DNA of 64,000 nucleotides from an uncultured Fibrobacterota bacterium (GCA_963729895.1 CAVSQB010000016.1:32001-96000); one strand, 5' to 3'; numbered from the stretch's first letter, positions 47,837 through 58,175 are shown. Notes: a model not told the origin generated them from the sequence alone. A program made the numbers and translations.

Positions 47837-50800
47837 CTAAAAACTCAACCTTACCCCGGCAAGCCCTGACCACCCATAGTACTCCATCTGTGTGGTGTGA
47901 GAAGGGTCGAGAAGGTATAACTTCTTGGGTGCGTTGGTGAGATTCTTGAATTCAACAATTGCCGTAACGTGCTTGGAAAACTTTTGAGCGGCCGAGCAAT
48001 CCAGTTGAAGATGGTCGTCAACGTAGACGCTGCCGAAATGGTCTCGGGCATCAATGAGCTGGACAATGCAATGGCTCTGATAGTTGAGAGCCACCCTTCC
48101 GGAGAAGCCGTATTTTTCGTAGAACAAAGCCGCGTTGCCGACATGCTCGGACTGTCCGGGCAATGCGGTCCATTGGTTAAGCTCCGGAATAAGCGTTTTG
48201 GACCAGGTATAGATGTAATTGCCGTTTATGCCGAACCCGCTCAGGAATGATGGTAAAAAGAAGAACTGGAATTGCAATTCCAATTCAAGGCCCGCAAGGT
48301 TGGCCGTGCCGCCGTTTGCCTTGGTATAATAGGCCCATGTCGATTTGGACTGGTTGAAAAACGTGTCTCGCTCGGCCGCGAAGATATAATCGTGCATCTG
48401 TTTGAAGAATGTGCCGGCATAAACAATGCTTTTCCTGCTATTTAGAGTTAGAAAATACTCCCAACTGAGATCATAGTTGTCGGACGTGGTGGGCTTAAGG
48501 TCCGGATTACCCTCTATCGCGGTGCGGACATTGTCGTCTACGTTGTAAACGATATGCGGAACCAGGTCATACCATTCCGGCCTGGAAAATGAGCGGGTGT
48601 AGGATGCGCGGATATTCATGTCCTTTTCCGGGGAATATTTGGCAAGTACCATGGGCAACGGGAAGAAGAAATTCTTGTACATGTCAACGGTGAAGGTCTT
48701 TGCCCAATTATTGGACGTATTGACAGAATCGCCATAGCCCGAGTAACGCATCGATGTATACTCGAATCGAATGCCGGCCAAGAGTGTAAGGCGGTCCATC
48801 TTGAGGGTGCCCATGCCGTAGCCGGCGCCGTTAAAATCGCGCGCGGAAAAGGTTTCGGGATCTGACGAAAGAGGATTGTTGGGATCGGCCACGAACCTGT
48901 CGCCGGGATTCACGACATTGTTGAGGTAATGCGGCGAAGCGAGGTACGCACGAACAAGCCCCGGGTCCGGCATATTGTTCATTGCATATAAACCATTGTA
49001 AAAATTGTTATTGGAATAGCTTCCGACAAATGAAGTAAGATTTGGGGATTTGTATCTCCCCGTATCGTAATATGTGGTGACCTTGAGGGTCTGGTCCTTA
49101 AAATGGTCAAGCAGTTTGGCGCCGGCCTTTACTTCAAGATTGCCGAAGTCAAGGTCGAACGGTTTCTGGATGTTACATTGTCCGGAGATCGAGTTTTCGC
49201 TCGACTGTGTGTTCTCGATTTTCGCGCTGCTCATCGTCAAGTATTTCATGTTGTTAAAGGAGGAGTCGTAATTGAAAACCTCAACGCCCGACAAAATGTT
49301 TGACTGGTAATCAAAAATATTGATGGGCTCGAATGTCGGCCGATCGGCATTGGAATGATTAAAAAGATATGACGACCCCGAGGAACGGTCAAAGGTAACA
49401 GTCATTTCGTCGGGTTCGCTGCTGTTTGCATACGAATAGGCAACGTTACCATCTATGGAAATGTCACTTATTTTTATCGCGCCTCCCAGCGTGGCGCTCG
49501 CTATGTTCTGTTCTTTGTAGGTGTCCTTGATGGAACGTGTGGTGGGCACTTCGCCGACAACGTCCTTGTCGTCCATGGGTCGCGCATCCTGGTCCTCCAG
49601 GTCAAACCCGAGAGTGCGCCGGTCTTCCTGAACGCCGTATTTGTTGAACGAGCCAACCAGAAAGATATTTGACTCTGCAGTAAAGTGATAATCCAGCCTG
49701 CCGTTGACGCCGATGCGTTCATTGGTTTTATTGTAATCACGGTATTGCATCGTATTTAGATAAGCGGCCCCCACCCCCTTCGGATTATACGTCGAGGTGT
49801 CCCAGTCCAGCTCGATTGCCTGTGTTTCTTTCTCGTCCCTGTAATAACTGCCGCCCAGAAAAACACCGAGCCTTCCGTCCTCAAGGAAGCGTTTGCTGAT
49901 TGAAGCGGATCCCTGGTAAATGGGCGTGTTTGAAAGCTGGGTGTAGCCGGGCGTCAGGTTTAGATTTGCCCGCAAGTTGGTATCCTTTGCAGTCGATGTA
50001 ATCAAGTTCACGGTTCCGCCGATGGCGTCGCCGTCCATATCCGGTGTTAGTACCTTACTCACTTCTATTTCTGCAAGCTGGTCGGCCGGGATCACGTTAA
50101 GCGCTACGGCACGCGTCTGCGCGTCGGGCGAGGCGATGCTCTGGCCGTTTATCGTCACTGTTGACAATCGCGCCTCGGTTCCTCTGATCTGAACGTATTT
50201 ACCCTCGCCTTGGTCCCGTGATATTGAAATTCCCGGAACACGCTGCAACGCGTCGGCCGTTGATTGATCGGGAAGCTTTTCGATAAGCTCGGCGTCTACC
50301 ACGTTCTTAAGGTTGTCCGAATTCTTCTGTTTGTTGTAGGCGCTTGCCTGGCCTTCCGATTTGCCCACCACAACCATTTTGCCAAGGTTTTTGGTGGCAT
50401 TCCACATTGCAACGGTTGGAAGACGGATTTCGCCGCCGGTTGCCTTGACCGGAAGCGTGTCGGCCAAATAGTCCGGGAACGAAAATACGAGCGTATACGA
50501 TCCCGCGGTGTCGTACGCAATCGTGAACATTCCGCTTTTGTCACTCTTCGCCTCAGGCGAGGACGCTCCGGAAACCGAGATGCTCACGCCAGAAAGAACA
50601 GCTTGACTAATGCCGTCCATAACCCTTCCGGTAATGATCCCCGGTGCGGCGGCCGCAGCTGAAGAATCCACGACTGCGGTCGAACGGGCCGAATCAGGGA
50701 TTTTGATTGCCGACAGCGAATCCGTTGCGTGAACGCCGGAATCCGCTGCAATGCCGTGCCGCGATGAATCCGCGATTTTTGCGGACGCAAGAGAATCAGC

Positions 50801-50935
50801 CGGCACCCGGCTGGAATCCGCAGGAAGCGCGGCGCGCGCGGAATCCGGGCTGTTTATCGACGAGGGTGAATTTTCCCGGCTGAAACCTGGAACAAAGCAT
50901 GCGGCTATCACGGCGGCAATCAAAACGTATTTCAT
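47837..50935 (-). CDS. TonB-dependent receptor
   Basis: CarboxypepD-like N-domain, plug DALQRVPGISISRDQGEGKYVQIRG, GNPDLKP, terminal Phe. Confidence 0.93.
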   Translation of the reverse strand: MKYVLIAAVIAACFVPGFSRENSPSSINSPDSARAALPADSSRVPADSLASAKIADSSRHGIAADSGVHATDSLSAIKIPDSARSTAVVDSSAAAAAPGIITGRVMDGISQAVLSGVSISVSGASSPEAKSDKSGMFTIAYDTAGSYTLVFSFPDYLADTLPVKATGGEIRLPTVAMWNATKNLGKMVVVGKSEGQASAYNKQKNSDNLKNVVDAELIEKLPDQSTADALQRVPGISISRDQGEGKYVQIRGTEARLSTVTINGQSIASPDAQTRAVALNVIPADQLAEIEVSKVLTPDMDGDAIGGTVNLITSTAKDTNLRANLNLTPGYTQLSNTPIYQGSASISKRFLEDGRLGVFLGGSYYRDEKETQAIELDWDTSTYNPKGVGAAYLNTMQYRDYNKTNERIGVNGRLDYHFTAESNIFLVGSFNKYGVQEDRRTLGFDLEDQDARPMDDKDVVGEVPTTRSIKDTYKEQNIASATLGGAIKISDISIDGNVAYSYANSSEPDEMTVTFDRSSGSSYLFNHSNADRPTFEPINIFDYQSNILSGVEVFNYDSSFNNMKYLTMSSAKIENTQSSENSISGQCNIQKPFDLDFGNLEVKAGAKLLDHFKDQTLKVTTYYDTGRYKSPNLTSFVGSYSNNNFYNGLYAMNNMPDPGLVRAYLASPHYLNNVVNPGDRFVADPNNPLSSDPETFSARDFNGAGYGMGTLKMDRLTLLAGIRFEYTSMRYSGYGDSVNTSNNWAKTFTVDMYKNFFFPLPMVLAKYSPEKDMNIRASYTRSFSRPEWYDLVPHIVYNVDDNVRTAIEGNPDLKPTTSDNYDLSWEYFLTLNSRKSIVYAGTFFKQMHDYIFAAERDTFFNQSKSTWAYYTKANGGTANLAGLELELQFQFFFLPSFLSGFGINGNYIYTWSKTLIPELNQWTALPGQSEHVGNAALFYEKYGFSGRVALNYQSHCIVQLIDARDHFGSVYVDDHLQLDCSAAQKFSKHVTAIVEFKNLTNAPKKLYLLDPSHTTQMEYYGWSGLAGVRLSF

Positions 50936-51036
50936 AGACTCCTGGTTGGTGTTGTTGCGGTGATGCGGAACGGTTGGTGAAAAAGAGACGGCAGGGCCTG
51001 CCGTTCCCGGCAAACCCCGCCGTGGTACATGCACTT

Positions 51037-52755
51037 CTAGTTCTTCTCAACAAGGCTCGACTTCACAAGATCCGCGCACGTCGCCCGAAGCACATACACG
51101 CCCGCGGGAATATCTTTGAGGGATATCGACGCGGTGTGCACGCCGGCGGACATGGTGCCGTTGTCAAACGTGCGGACCAGTCTTCCGTTGGCGGAGTAAA
51201 GCCTCACTGTAGACCTCGCTGCGTACTCCTGGCTCCAGGAAAGCATGCGGACGTCGCCTTGTCCAGTGATCTTCAAGCCCGAGGCGGTTCTCCCGGCTGT
51301 CAGATTGTGATTGGCGATGCCCGTTGCACCCGTCGTGAAAACGCTTCCCTTGGGATCCGCAAGAGCCGACCATCCGGCCGCCCAGAGGGGCTGATTTGGG
51401 GCAAACGCGCCGCGATACGTGGTCTGGTCAAAGAACCCGCCAGTCGGGACCGTTCTGACATGAATGGTGGCCGGACCCGTTGCAGACGGACGTGGGTCCA
51501 GCAATCCCGTACGCGCCCAACCAAGTCCGCCAAGGCCTGGGTCGACAGTATCATTCATGAATGCTGGCGTAGTAGCATAGCTCTGAAGGAAGGGAAATCC
51601 TTCAAAAATGCTGTCGGTACCGTTGCCCAGACCAAAACCCCAGAAAATATCGTTCTTGATAACAAGGGTGCTGTCGTTGTCAAGATGATATCTGGAGCCC
51701 GTTGAATCTCCGGCGTCGAGATAATCTTCGACATACACGCCGTAATGTGAACACTGGGTGAGAATGGAATTGGAAAAGGTCCCGGCCGCTCTATCCTTTA
51801 TGTAAAGGCCATAATTGTATTTCCAGGTGTCGGGATTGTTCACGCCTGTTCCGATGAACGTGGCATTATAAACATGCGCGTTTGTAATAGGCGTATAACT
51901 GTAGTCGCCGCTTTCCCACTTCGACATGCAGCCGTTCTTGGTGCTGCTGGTGATAACAGTCTGAATGTTGAAAACATATTGCAGGTTGCCCGTATACCCG
52001 CCCTGAAGCATGAGCGCGTCACCGGCCTGGAATGCGCTGATAAGATATTTTGCATTGACCGTGCCGCCGGTAAAATTGAGTCCGTCTTCGTTGCACATAA
52101 AGGCTTCACAATGGTCAACCACCGTCCCGGCCCCAACACCGCAAAACATGAGCCCTTTGATCTCCGACATATCCGCGGCGCCCATGTAGCGAACAGAAAC
52201 ATATTCAAAAACGCCTGACGTATCGTACATGTTCTTTGCCAGTGTTGTAGCTGACGTTAGGTTGCCGGAATCGCCGAAGGTGATCCAGCTCGTGTCGGTA
52301 ATCGTAATGTCCGAAGCGTAGCTGTTGTCTACACCGCCTGGCGTGTTACAGGGCGCTCTCCCATATACATTGATTCCGCCCCAGAGACCGCGTGAGTTGT
52401 CGCTGATCGCCAGCGGCTGATGGGAGCCGGTGTCGAGGATTGACGTGAAAATGATAGGCTGTGCTGCTGTACCTGTGGCATACACACGACCGTCACGCGC
52501 AACAATAAGCATGGAGACAGAGTCTGAAACCGGCGCCCCGGCGCCATAGATCATTGTACCGGCCTGGATATTAAGCCGGGATCCGGCCTTTACAACGACT
52601 TTGCCATGGAGAACATAGGAGTTAGTGTTCGTCCATGACACCGTTGCCCCGGCTGGAATGCTTGCGTTTGAGACGTCGATCCGGGCCGCCGAAACCTGAG
52701 CGGCGAGCGCGGCCGTTGCCAGAACCCCGAGAACTGCGGAACGCTTGCGAAACAT
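51037..52755 (-). CDS. Secreted beta-helix-like protein with secretion-tail/FlgD-like CTD
   Basis: PIIFTS, GLWGGINVYGRA, GVGAGTVVDH, GGTVNAKYL; CTD LYSANGRLV...AGVYVLR. Confidence 0.7.
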   Translation of the reverse strand: MFRKRSAVLGVLATAALAAQVSAARIDVSNASIPAGATVSWTNTNSYVLHGKVVVKAGSRLNIQAGTMIYGAGAPVSDSVSMLIVARDGRVYATGTAAQPIIFTSILDTGSHQPLAISDNSRGLWGGINVYGRAPCNTPGGVDNSYASDITITDTSWITFGDSGNLTSATTLAKNMYDTSGVFEYVSVRYMGAADMSEIKGLMFCGVGAGTVVDHCEAFMCNEDGLNFTGGTVNAKYLISAFQAGDALMLQGGYTGNLQYVFNIQTVITSSTKNGCMSKWESGDYSYTPITNAHVYNATFIGTGVNNPDTWKYNYGLYIKDRAAGTFSNSILTQCSHYGVYVEDYLDAGDSTGSRYHLDNDSTLVIKNDIFWGFGLGNGTDSIFEGFPFLQSYATTPAFMNDTVDPGLGGLGWARTGLLDPRPSATGPATIHVRTVPTGGFFDQTTYRGAFAPNQPLWAAGWSALADPKGSVFTTGATGIANHNLTAGRTASGLKITGQGDVRMLSWSQEYAARSTVRLYSANGRLVRTFDNGTMSAGVHTASISLKDIPAGVYVLRATCADLVKSSLVEKN

Positions 52756-52817
52756 GGAACCTCCTGGAATGATTGTGAAGTAATTCGACAAAGATACTAA
52801 TCGATCTCTCTCACAAA

Positions 52818-52860
52818 AAAATACCCGAAATTTGTTAGAATGCTGTTCGATCACCGTCAG
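52818..52860 (-). promoter_or_regulatory. Pho-box-like array plus -10 for the TBDR operon
   Basis: GTTAG/GTTCG/GTCAG at 52834, 52845, 52856; TATTTT 10 bp downstream on the coding strand. Confidence 0.7.
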
Positions 52861-52906
52861 TTCTTTGTGTTCGTGAAATAATCCGTTGCCGGGAACAGGC
52901 ACGCTC

Positions 52907-52960
52907 CTAACTGTTTTCTAGCAATAACCGAACGGCACGCACACGCACATCGAGCATTTT
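52907..52960 (+). promoter_or_regulatory. Pho-box-like array plus -10 for the exbB/tonB operon
   Basis: CTAAC/CTAGC/CGAAC/CACAC at 52907, 52918, 52929, 52940; 10 bp; CATTTT. Confidence 0.65.
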
Positions 52961-53142
52961 GTGATACTCGAACTGTTTGGTGCATGGAAGAACCGTATTG
53001 TTCACATTTATATAATATCGCCGTGCATCGATAGCCTTCCGTTGGATCAGCGTGAGAATTTGGTTATCGAGCCATGACCAGGCACGTTTTGCACATGTAA
53101 ATTAATGGTCCCGCTGCGCCCGTACCTCATCAGGAGAATGGG

Positions 53143-53970
53143 ATGAAACGATTTCTCGTTTGTTCCGGTTTAATCGCATGTATCTGCATCGGCCCGTCGG
53201 CCGCGGGGGAAGTTCCCGACCAATCCTCGGACATCGAATCCGAAACGCACCGGCTGCAAAAGGAGCTCCGGCAGATCGAGGCGCAGCGGCAGACGAACCG
53301 GCAGGACATGGAAACCGACCGCCGCGATTTTTCCGACTATCGCTCCCGTACCGACAAGCGTCTCACCCTGATGCGTTCGGACATAGATTCGCTCAAGCGG
53401 GAAACCGTGCGCAACCAGTCGCGCAGCGATTCGCTGGGCGCCCTCATCCAATCCGCCCAGTCGAGAAAGCGGGAAGTCGAGCTCTCCCGGGACCGGCTAC
53501 GGGGCCGGGTGATTGCTTCGTGCGACAACCTGGATGCCGCCGCGCTCTGCCTTTCTCCCCAGAGCCTCGGCAGGATCAGGGCGTCCATTGCTCTTGTCAA
53601 AAATGATCTCGCAACAAGAACGATCGAATGCGCGGAAGGATTTGCCAGGCTTGCGCAGATTGTGGGCCTGATGCGGGACGCCACCGGATCAATCCAGACG
53701 AGTACGGAGAATTCGCCGGTTCCCGATATCAGGGGAACAGCGGTGCGCCTGCGCGTGGGCTGCATCATGGATGCGGTGGCGGATTCCAAAGGGACCGTCT
53801 GCTACCTCTGGAGCGGAAACAAAGCCGACGGCTCTCCTGTTTGGAGGGCTGCCGCCGACAAGACCGCGGCCCCGGAGATCGTTCGAGCCGTTGCGGTTCG
53901 AGAAGGCAAGGCGTTGCCTGCGTTTGTCGATCTTCCCCTCGCAGCCGCACAGATGGGGGTCGCGCCGTGA
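53143..53970 (+). CDS. DUF3450-like periplasmic coiled-coil protein
   Basis: Signal peptide, coiled coil, LRVG and terminal FVDLP motifs; heads an exbB operon. Confidence 0.7.
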   Translation: MKRFLVCSGLIACICIGPSAAGEVPDQSSDIESETHRLQKELRQIEAQRQTNRQDMETDRRDFSDYRSRTDKRLTLMRSDIDSLKRETVRNQSRSDSLGALIQSAQSRKREVELSRDRLRGRVIASCDNLDAAALCLSPQSLGRIRASIALVKNDLATRTIECAEGFARLAQIVGLMRDATGSIQTSTENSPVPDIRGTAVRLRVGCIMDAVADSKGTVCYLWSGNKADGSPVWRAAADKTAAPEIVRAVAVREGKALPAFVDLPLAAAQMGVAP

Positions 53971-55439
53971 AAAACCATTGGATACTTTCCATAGTTATAA
54001 CACTGTCTTTCGTGTTCCTCGCGTCGGCATCAAAGAAAGACGAGCATGATCTCAAGGAGAAACAGGCCGGGCTCGACGCAGTGAAGGCCGAAGTGGAAGA
54101 CGGCCGCGACTCTCTGGAAAACGAGGTCGCGCGCCGTTACGGGCTTAAGCAGAAGCTCGTGGACCAGCGGGAGGCCGACAAACAGGAAATGGACCGGCTT
54201 CGGGACGCCCAGGAGCGGGCGGCAAACGAACTCGCTCGCGTCAAGGAAGAATGCCTGGCCCGCGAACAAACCGTGGCCGACGAACGCAAGGCCGCCCAGG
54301 CCGCGGTTGAAGAATGGTCGAACGTGAAAGTGGCGCTTTCCGACGCGTTCAAAAAAGAGGCGGACGCGGTCCTTGAGGCCTTTCCCCTGGACCGCGAAAC
54401 GCGGCGGCAGGCCCTGGAGAAGGTCCGCGCGGAATTTGCCGGAAAGCAAGACCCGTCGCAGGCGTGGGATGATTTTGTCGCCTACGCGTGCGACGATTTC
54501 CGCACGGGCGCAAGAGTTTCCCTTGTCACCGGCGACGTGCTCCCCGACCAGGGCGCGCCGGTGCATTTGACCATGGCGCGGTTCGGCAATGTGTTTGCCC
54601 TCGGCGTGGATCAATCGGGCCAGGCGTTTCTCATCCGGCAGACCGGGCGGCTCGGGGCCGAAAAGTATTCGGTTGAAAAAATCGGATCACCCTCCTATTC
54701 CGCGTACGTGAGCGGCGTGTTCGGCGAATGGCTGAAAGCCGGAAGACCCCTGGGACTCGTTAAGACCGAAATCCTTCAGAACGACCAGAGCCGCCTTCTG
54801 GTATCGGGCAAGAAGCGGTCGTTCTGGGCGGACCTGTACGCGTCGTTCAAGGCGGGCGGCCTCATCATGATTCCGCTGCTGTTCCTGCCGCTGTGGGTCC
54901 TCTACCTGACGTTCAGGAAAGGCTTCCAGCTTGTGGCTCGGCGGCGGTCGTACCAGCGGTGCCACAAGGAGGCAATGACCTTAATTGACAAGGGAAACTA
55001 TGACGCGGCGTTGGAATACGCGAAACGCAAGAAGGGCGTGATGGCGCGCGTGCTGGAGATCTGCCTTGAGCGAAAGGAGCACGGCCGCCACGTAAGCGAG
55101 CGAGCGGTGCGGGAGCAGATCATGCAGGAAATACCCGTGCTGTCGCGCGGGATCAACACCATTGCGGTGATCGCCGGGGCGGCTCCGCTCATGGGGCTTT
55201 TGGGCACCATCAGCGGCATGATAACCCTGTTTGCCGCGGTGACCCATTACGGGACCGGCGACCCGAAATTCCTTGCCGGCGGCATTTCCGAAGCCTTGAT
55301 AACCGCCAAAACCGGGCTCGCGATAGCGATTCCCGCCCTGTTTATCCACGACATTATCCGAAACGGAAAAGACCGGCTGCTCGCCGAAATAGAACAACTG
55401 TCCATTTCGGTGATGACCCACATCTGGCCGGAGGAGTAA
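53967..55439 (+). CDS. Long MotA/TolQ/ExbB protein with periplasmic coiled-coil N-region
   Basis: GTG start overlaps the upstream stop; APLMGLLGTISGMI, AGGISEALITAKTGLAIAIP. Confidence 0.85.
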   Translation: MKNHWILSIVITLSFVFLASASKKDEHDLKEKQAGLDAVKAEVEDGRDSLENEVARRYGLKQKLVDQREADKQEMDRLRDAQERAANELARVKEECLAREQTVADERKAAQAAVEEWSNVKVALSDAFKKEADAVLEAFPLDRETRRQALEKVRAEFAGKQDPSQAWDDFVAYACDDFRTGARVSLVTGDVLPDQGAPVHLTMARFGNVFALGVDQSGQAFLIRQTGRLGAEKYSVEKIGSPSYSAYVSGVFGEWLKAGRPLGLVKTEILQNDQSRLLVSGKKRSFWADLYASFKAGGLIMIPLLFLPLWVLYLTFRKGFQLVARRRSYQRCHKEAMTLIDKGNYDAALEYAKRKKGVMARVLEICLERKEHGRHVSERAVREQIMQEIPVLSRGINTIAVIAGAAPLMGLLGTISGMITLFAAVTHYGTGDPKFLAGGISEALITAKTGLAIAIPALFIHDIIRNGKDRLLAEIEQLSISVMTHIWPEE

Positions 55440-55442
55440 CGC

Positions 55443-56477
55443 GTGGCCGTGTGGGACGTCTTTTCCTCGCTGTTCACGGAGGGCGGATGGGTTCTCTATC
55501 CCATTTTTTTCATATCGGTATACGCCTGGTTTATCGCCTCGGGAAAGCTTTGGCTGTATCGCCGCGTTCGCAGGGCGCGGAAACAGTTTCTCGCACGTCT
55601 CGAAAACGGGGATTTCTCCGCACGCACCGGCTACCCGCTCTACGACGCCCTGCTCTCAAAACTCTCCGGGCACAACGACGCCCGGCGCCGGGAACGTTCG
55701 CTGGAGGAATTCGTTTCCGAACTCTCCCCGCGGCTTAATGCCGGTTTGTCTACGATGGCCGCATGCATCGTGGTCGCGCCGCTTCTGGGGCTCCTGGGGA
55801 CCATCAGCGGCATGAACCAGATGTTCGCGATCATCGGGGAGTTCGGGTTCGGCAGCCCCACCATCATGGCCAGCGGCATCAGCATGGCGCTCAAGGCCAC
55901 GCTCACCGGACTGGCGGTGGCCGTGGTTGCGCTCTTCTTCCTCGATCAATTGACAAGCAGAAAAACGGCGCTCTTGGCAACCGTGGCGCACGATGCCAGG
56001 TTACTCGCTCACGAGGCCCGGTTGACAGCCGGGTCCGGCCAAACCATTCAGAGAAAGGGAGAATCCATGAACTCCGCGTACCACCTGATTCCCGAACACG
56101 AGGAAAAGCCCGACATCAATCTCGCCCCGTTTGTGGACACGATCATGATTCTGCTGATCTTTTTCGTGGTCACGGCAAACCTGTACGTCGAGACCGGCAT
56201 CGACGTCACGAAACCCAGGGCCCAATCGGCCACCCCGTCGAGCCAGAAAGCGATGCTGGTGGGAATTACGCGAGAGGGCACCTGCCACGTTTACGGGCGA
56301 CAGGTATCTCTTGACAAACTAAAACTGCTCGTTGAGCAGGAATCGGCCAAGCAACCGGACCTTCCTGTCGTCATTATCGCCGACCGCGAGACGCAAACAG
56401 GCAAGACGGTCGAGGTGATGGACCAGTGCGCGCTCGGCGGCGCCCAGAAAATCTCGATTGCGGCGGGGAAGGATTAA
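55443..56477 (+). CDS. ExbB-ExbD in-frame fusion (ExbD moiety has its own RBS and ATG at 56067)
   Basis: APLLGLLGTISGM (ExbB), then no stop, then INLAPFVDTIMILLIFFVVTA and IIADR (ExbD). Confidence 0.85.
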   Translation: MAVWDVFSSLFTEGGWVLYPIFFISVYAWFIASGKLWLYRRVRRARKQFLARLENGDFSARTGYPLYDALLSKLSGHNDARRRERSLEEFVSELSPRLNAGLSTMAACIVVAPLLGLLGTISGMNQMFAIIGEFGFGSPTIMASGISMALKATLTGLAVAVVALFFLDQLTSRKTALLATVAHDARLLAHEARLTAGSGQTIQRKGESMNSAYHLIPEHEEKPDINLAPFVDTIMILLIFFVVTANLYVETGIDVTKPRAQSATPSSQKAMLVGITREGTCHVYGRQVSLDKLKLLVEQESAKQPDLPVVIIADRETQTGKTVEVMDQCALGGAQKISIAAGKD

Positions 56478-56492
56478 CAGGTTGCCAAGAAG

Positions 56493-57161
56493 GTGTCAAC
56501 GGCAATGGGTGAAGGTTCTTTCCTTATGATAGCAAACGTTCCGGGCCCCGTTGTGCGCCTGTGCCTTGCGCTGGCCGCCAGCTTTCTCGTGTTCACGCTG
56601 GTTTCCTTCCTTCACGGATTTTTCGGCGACGCGTTGCAGAAAAAGCAGCCGGCGGTCCGCCCCCAGGTTGTGGCTGTTACCGTGCCCAAAAAACACGAAG
56701 AGGAACCCAAACCGTTGCAGCGCATCCGAATTGTCAAGGCGCCCAGCGGCAGATCGGGAAACACGGGCGGGGGCCAGTCCGGCATGCGGTTCGTGCCCGA
56801 TCTCGGCGCGGAATCCGGTCCCGATAATGCAAACGGGGTCGCGCTGGGATCGCAGGACCTCGGCGCGGAGGTGTTCGAAGAGGGGCAAACCGACGAAGCC
56901 GCGGTTCCGGTGTATACGCCCTCTGTTCCGTTTCCCGACCAGGCGAGGGAGATGAATATCGAGGGTACGGTGAAAGCGATCTTCGTGGTAAATTACCTTG
57001 GCAAAGTAACCTCCGTTGATGTGGTGAAAAGCCCGCACCAATTGTTCACTCGTGAGGTCAGAAGGGTGCTTTCGACGTGGCGCTTTAAGCCCGCTAAAAA
57101 CAAGGGCGTTCCCGTAAATGTGCGGTTCAGCAAAGAAATAGAGTTTACGCTCGAACAATGA
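56493..57161 (+). CDS. tonB: Energy transducer TonB
   Basis: N-terminal TM; FPDQAREMNIEGTV...WRFKPA..KGVPV. Confidence 0.85.
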   Translation: MSTAMGEGSFLMIANVPGPVVRLCLALAASFLVFTLVSFLHGFFGDALQKKQPAVRPQVVAVTVPKKHEEEPKPLQRIRIVKAPSGRSGNTGGGQSGMRFVPDLGAESGPDNANGVALGSQDLGAEVFEEGQTDEAAVPVYTPSVPFPDQAREMNIEGTVKAIFVVNYLGKVTSVDVVKSPHQLFTREVRRVLSTWRFKPAKNKGVPVNVRFSKEIEFTLEQ

Positions 57162-57182
57162 CTCCGCCGGGATGAGGTACAG

Positions 57183-58175
57183 GTGGAATTACGTATTCAT
57201 CCGTCTTGTGTTGAACGGAAAATCCGGCAGTGCTCCCCGCCGGCAATTTTCCTCGCGCTTGCGCTTGTGTTGTCATTTGGAAAGACCGTATCCTGCTCCC
57301 TGCTCGATAATGCGAATGCGTTGTACGCGGCGGGTAAACTTTCCGATGCCATCCGGCTCTACAAGAAAGCGTCATTGTCGGGAGAGAATCCGGCCTTGTG
57401 CTCCTATAACGCCGCCAACGCATATTACCAGCTCGACAGCCTGCCGCGGGCCGTGGTTTACTATCGCGCCTGTATCAACGCGGCGCCCGGATTCTACAAA
57501 GCCTATGTTAATCTTGCGGTCGTGTATTTCACGCTCAACGATATGGGCAATTGCATTGCGACAATCCGCGAAGGACTCAGGCTCGAACCGAATCAACAAA
57601 AAGGGATGCTCCTGCTTGCCGCCGCGTACCGACGGTGCGGAGCGATCGCCCAGAGTATCGCGACCTTCGAGGATCTGGCCCATGGCTTTCCCGACATGGA
57701 AGAACCCTACACTGCTTTAGGGGAGCAGTACCGTGATCTGGACGATCCGGTAATGGCCATACGCTGGTTCGAATCGTATCCCTCGGGCGGAAAGAACGGC
57801 GCCTACGTCGCGCTGGGCCTGGCCGACCTGTACGAATCCACCGGAAACCTTGAGCGGGCGCTGTACTATCTCGACCGGTCCTACAATTTCGACAAATCGA
57901 AGAAGTGGACGTTGTATCGCATTGCCCTTATGCAACAAAAGATGGGCAACGAACTTGTGGCGCTGGAAACCGCCCGGACCGCTTTGGAGATGTTTCCCGA
58001 TTTTCCCCAGCTCGCCATTCTTGCCGGAACAATATCCTTCTCGCGGGGCTACCTTGCCGAGGCCGAGAAGTATTTCGGCATGGCGGAAAAGATGGGAAGC
58101 CCGGACGCAATCGTGGGGCTTGCCAACGTGAAGAACAAGCGGAAGGCGCTTGAAGAGGTGGAGGCCGGTCGATAA
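57183..58175 (+). CDS. Exported TPR protein
   Basis: Multiple TPR helices; last gene of the tonB operon. Confidence 0.8.
   Translation: MELRIHPSCVERKIRQCSPPAIFLALALVLSFGKTVSCSLLDNANALYAAGKLSDAIRLYKKASLSGENPALCSYNAANAYYQLDSLPRAVVYYRACINAAPGFYKAYVNLAVVYFTLNDMGNCIATIREGLRLEPNQQKGMLLLAAAYRRCGAIAQSIATFEDLAHGFPDMEEPYTALGEQYRDLDDPVMAIRWFESYPSGGKNGAYVALGLADLYESTGNLERALYYLDRSYNFDKSKKWTLYRIALMQQKMGNELVALETARTALEMFPDFPQLAILAGTISFSRGYLAEAEKYFGMAEKMGSPDAIVGLANVKNKRKALEEVEAGR

Noticed and set aside
53080..53093. AGGCACGTTTTGCA as a sigma54 site
   Set aside because: GG-to-GC spacing is 8, not 10.
53628..53966. N-terminal extensions in the ORF track (also phoR 16119, pstB 18448, pstS 22931, TBDR 51034, 52902)
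   Set aside because: They overlap upstream genes or promoter arrays; downstream starts have better RBS and signal peptides.
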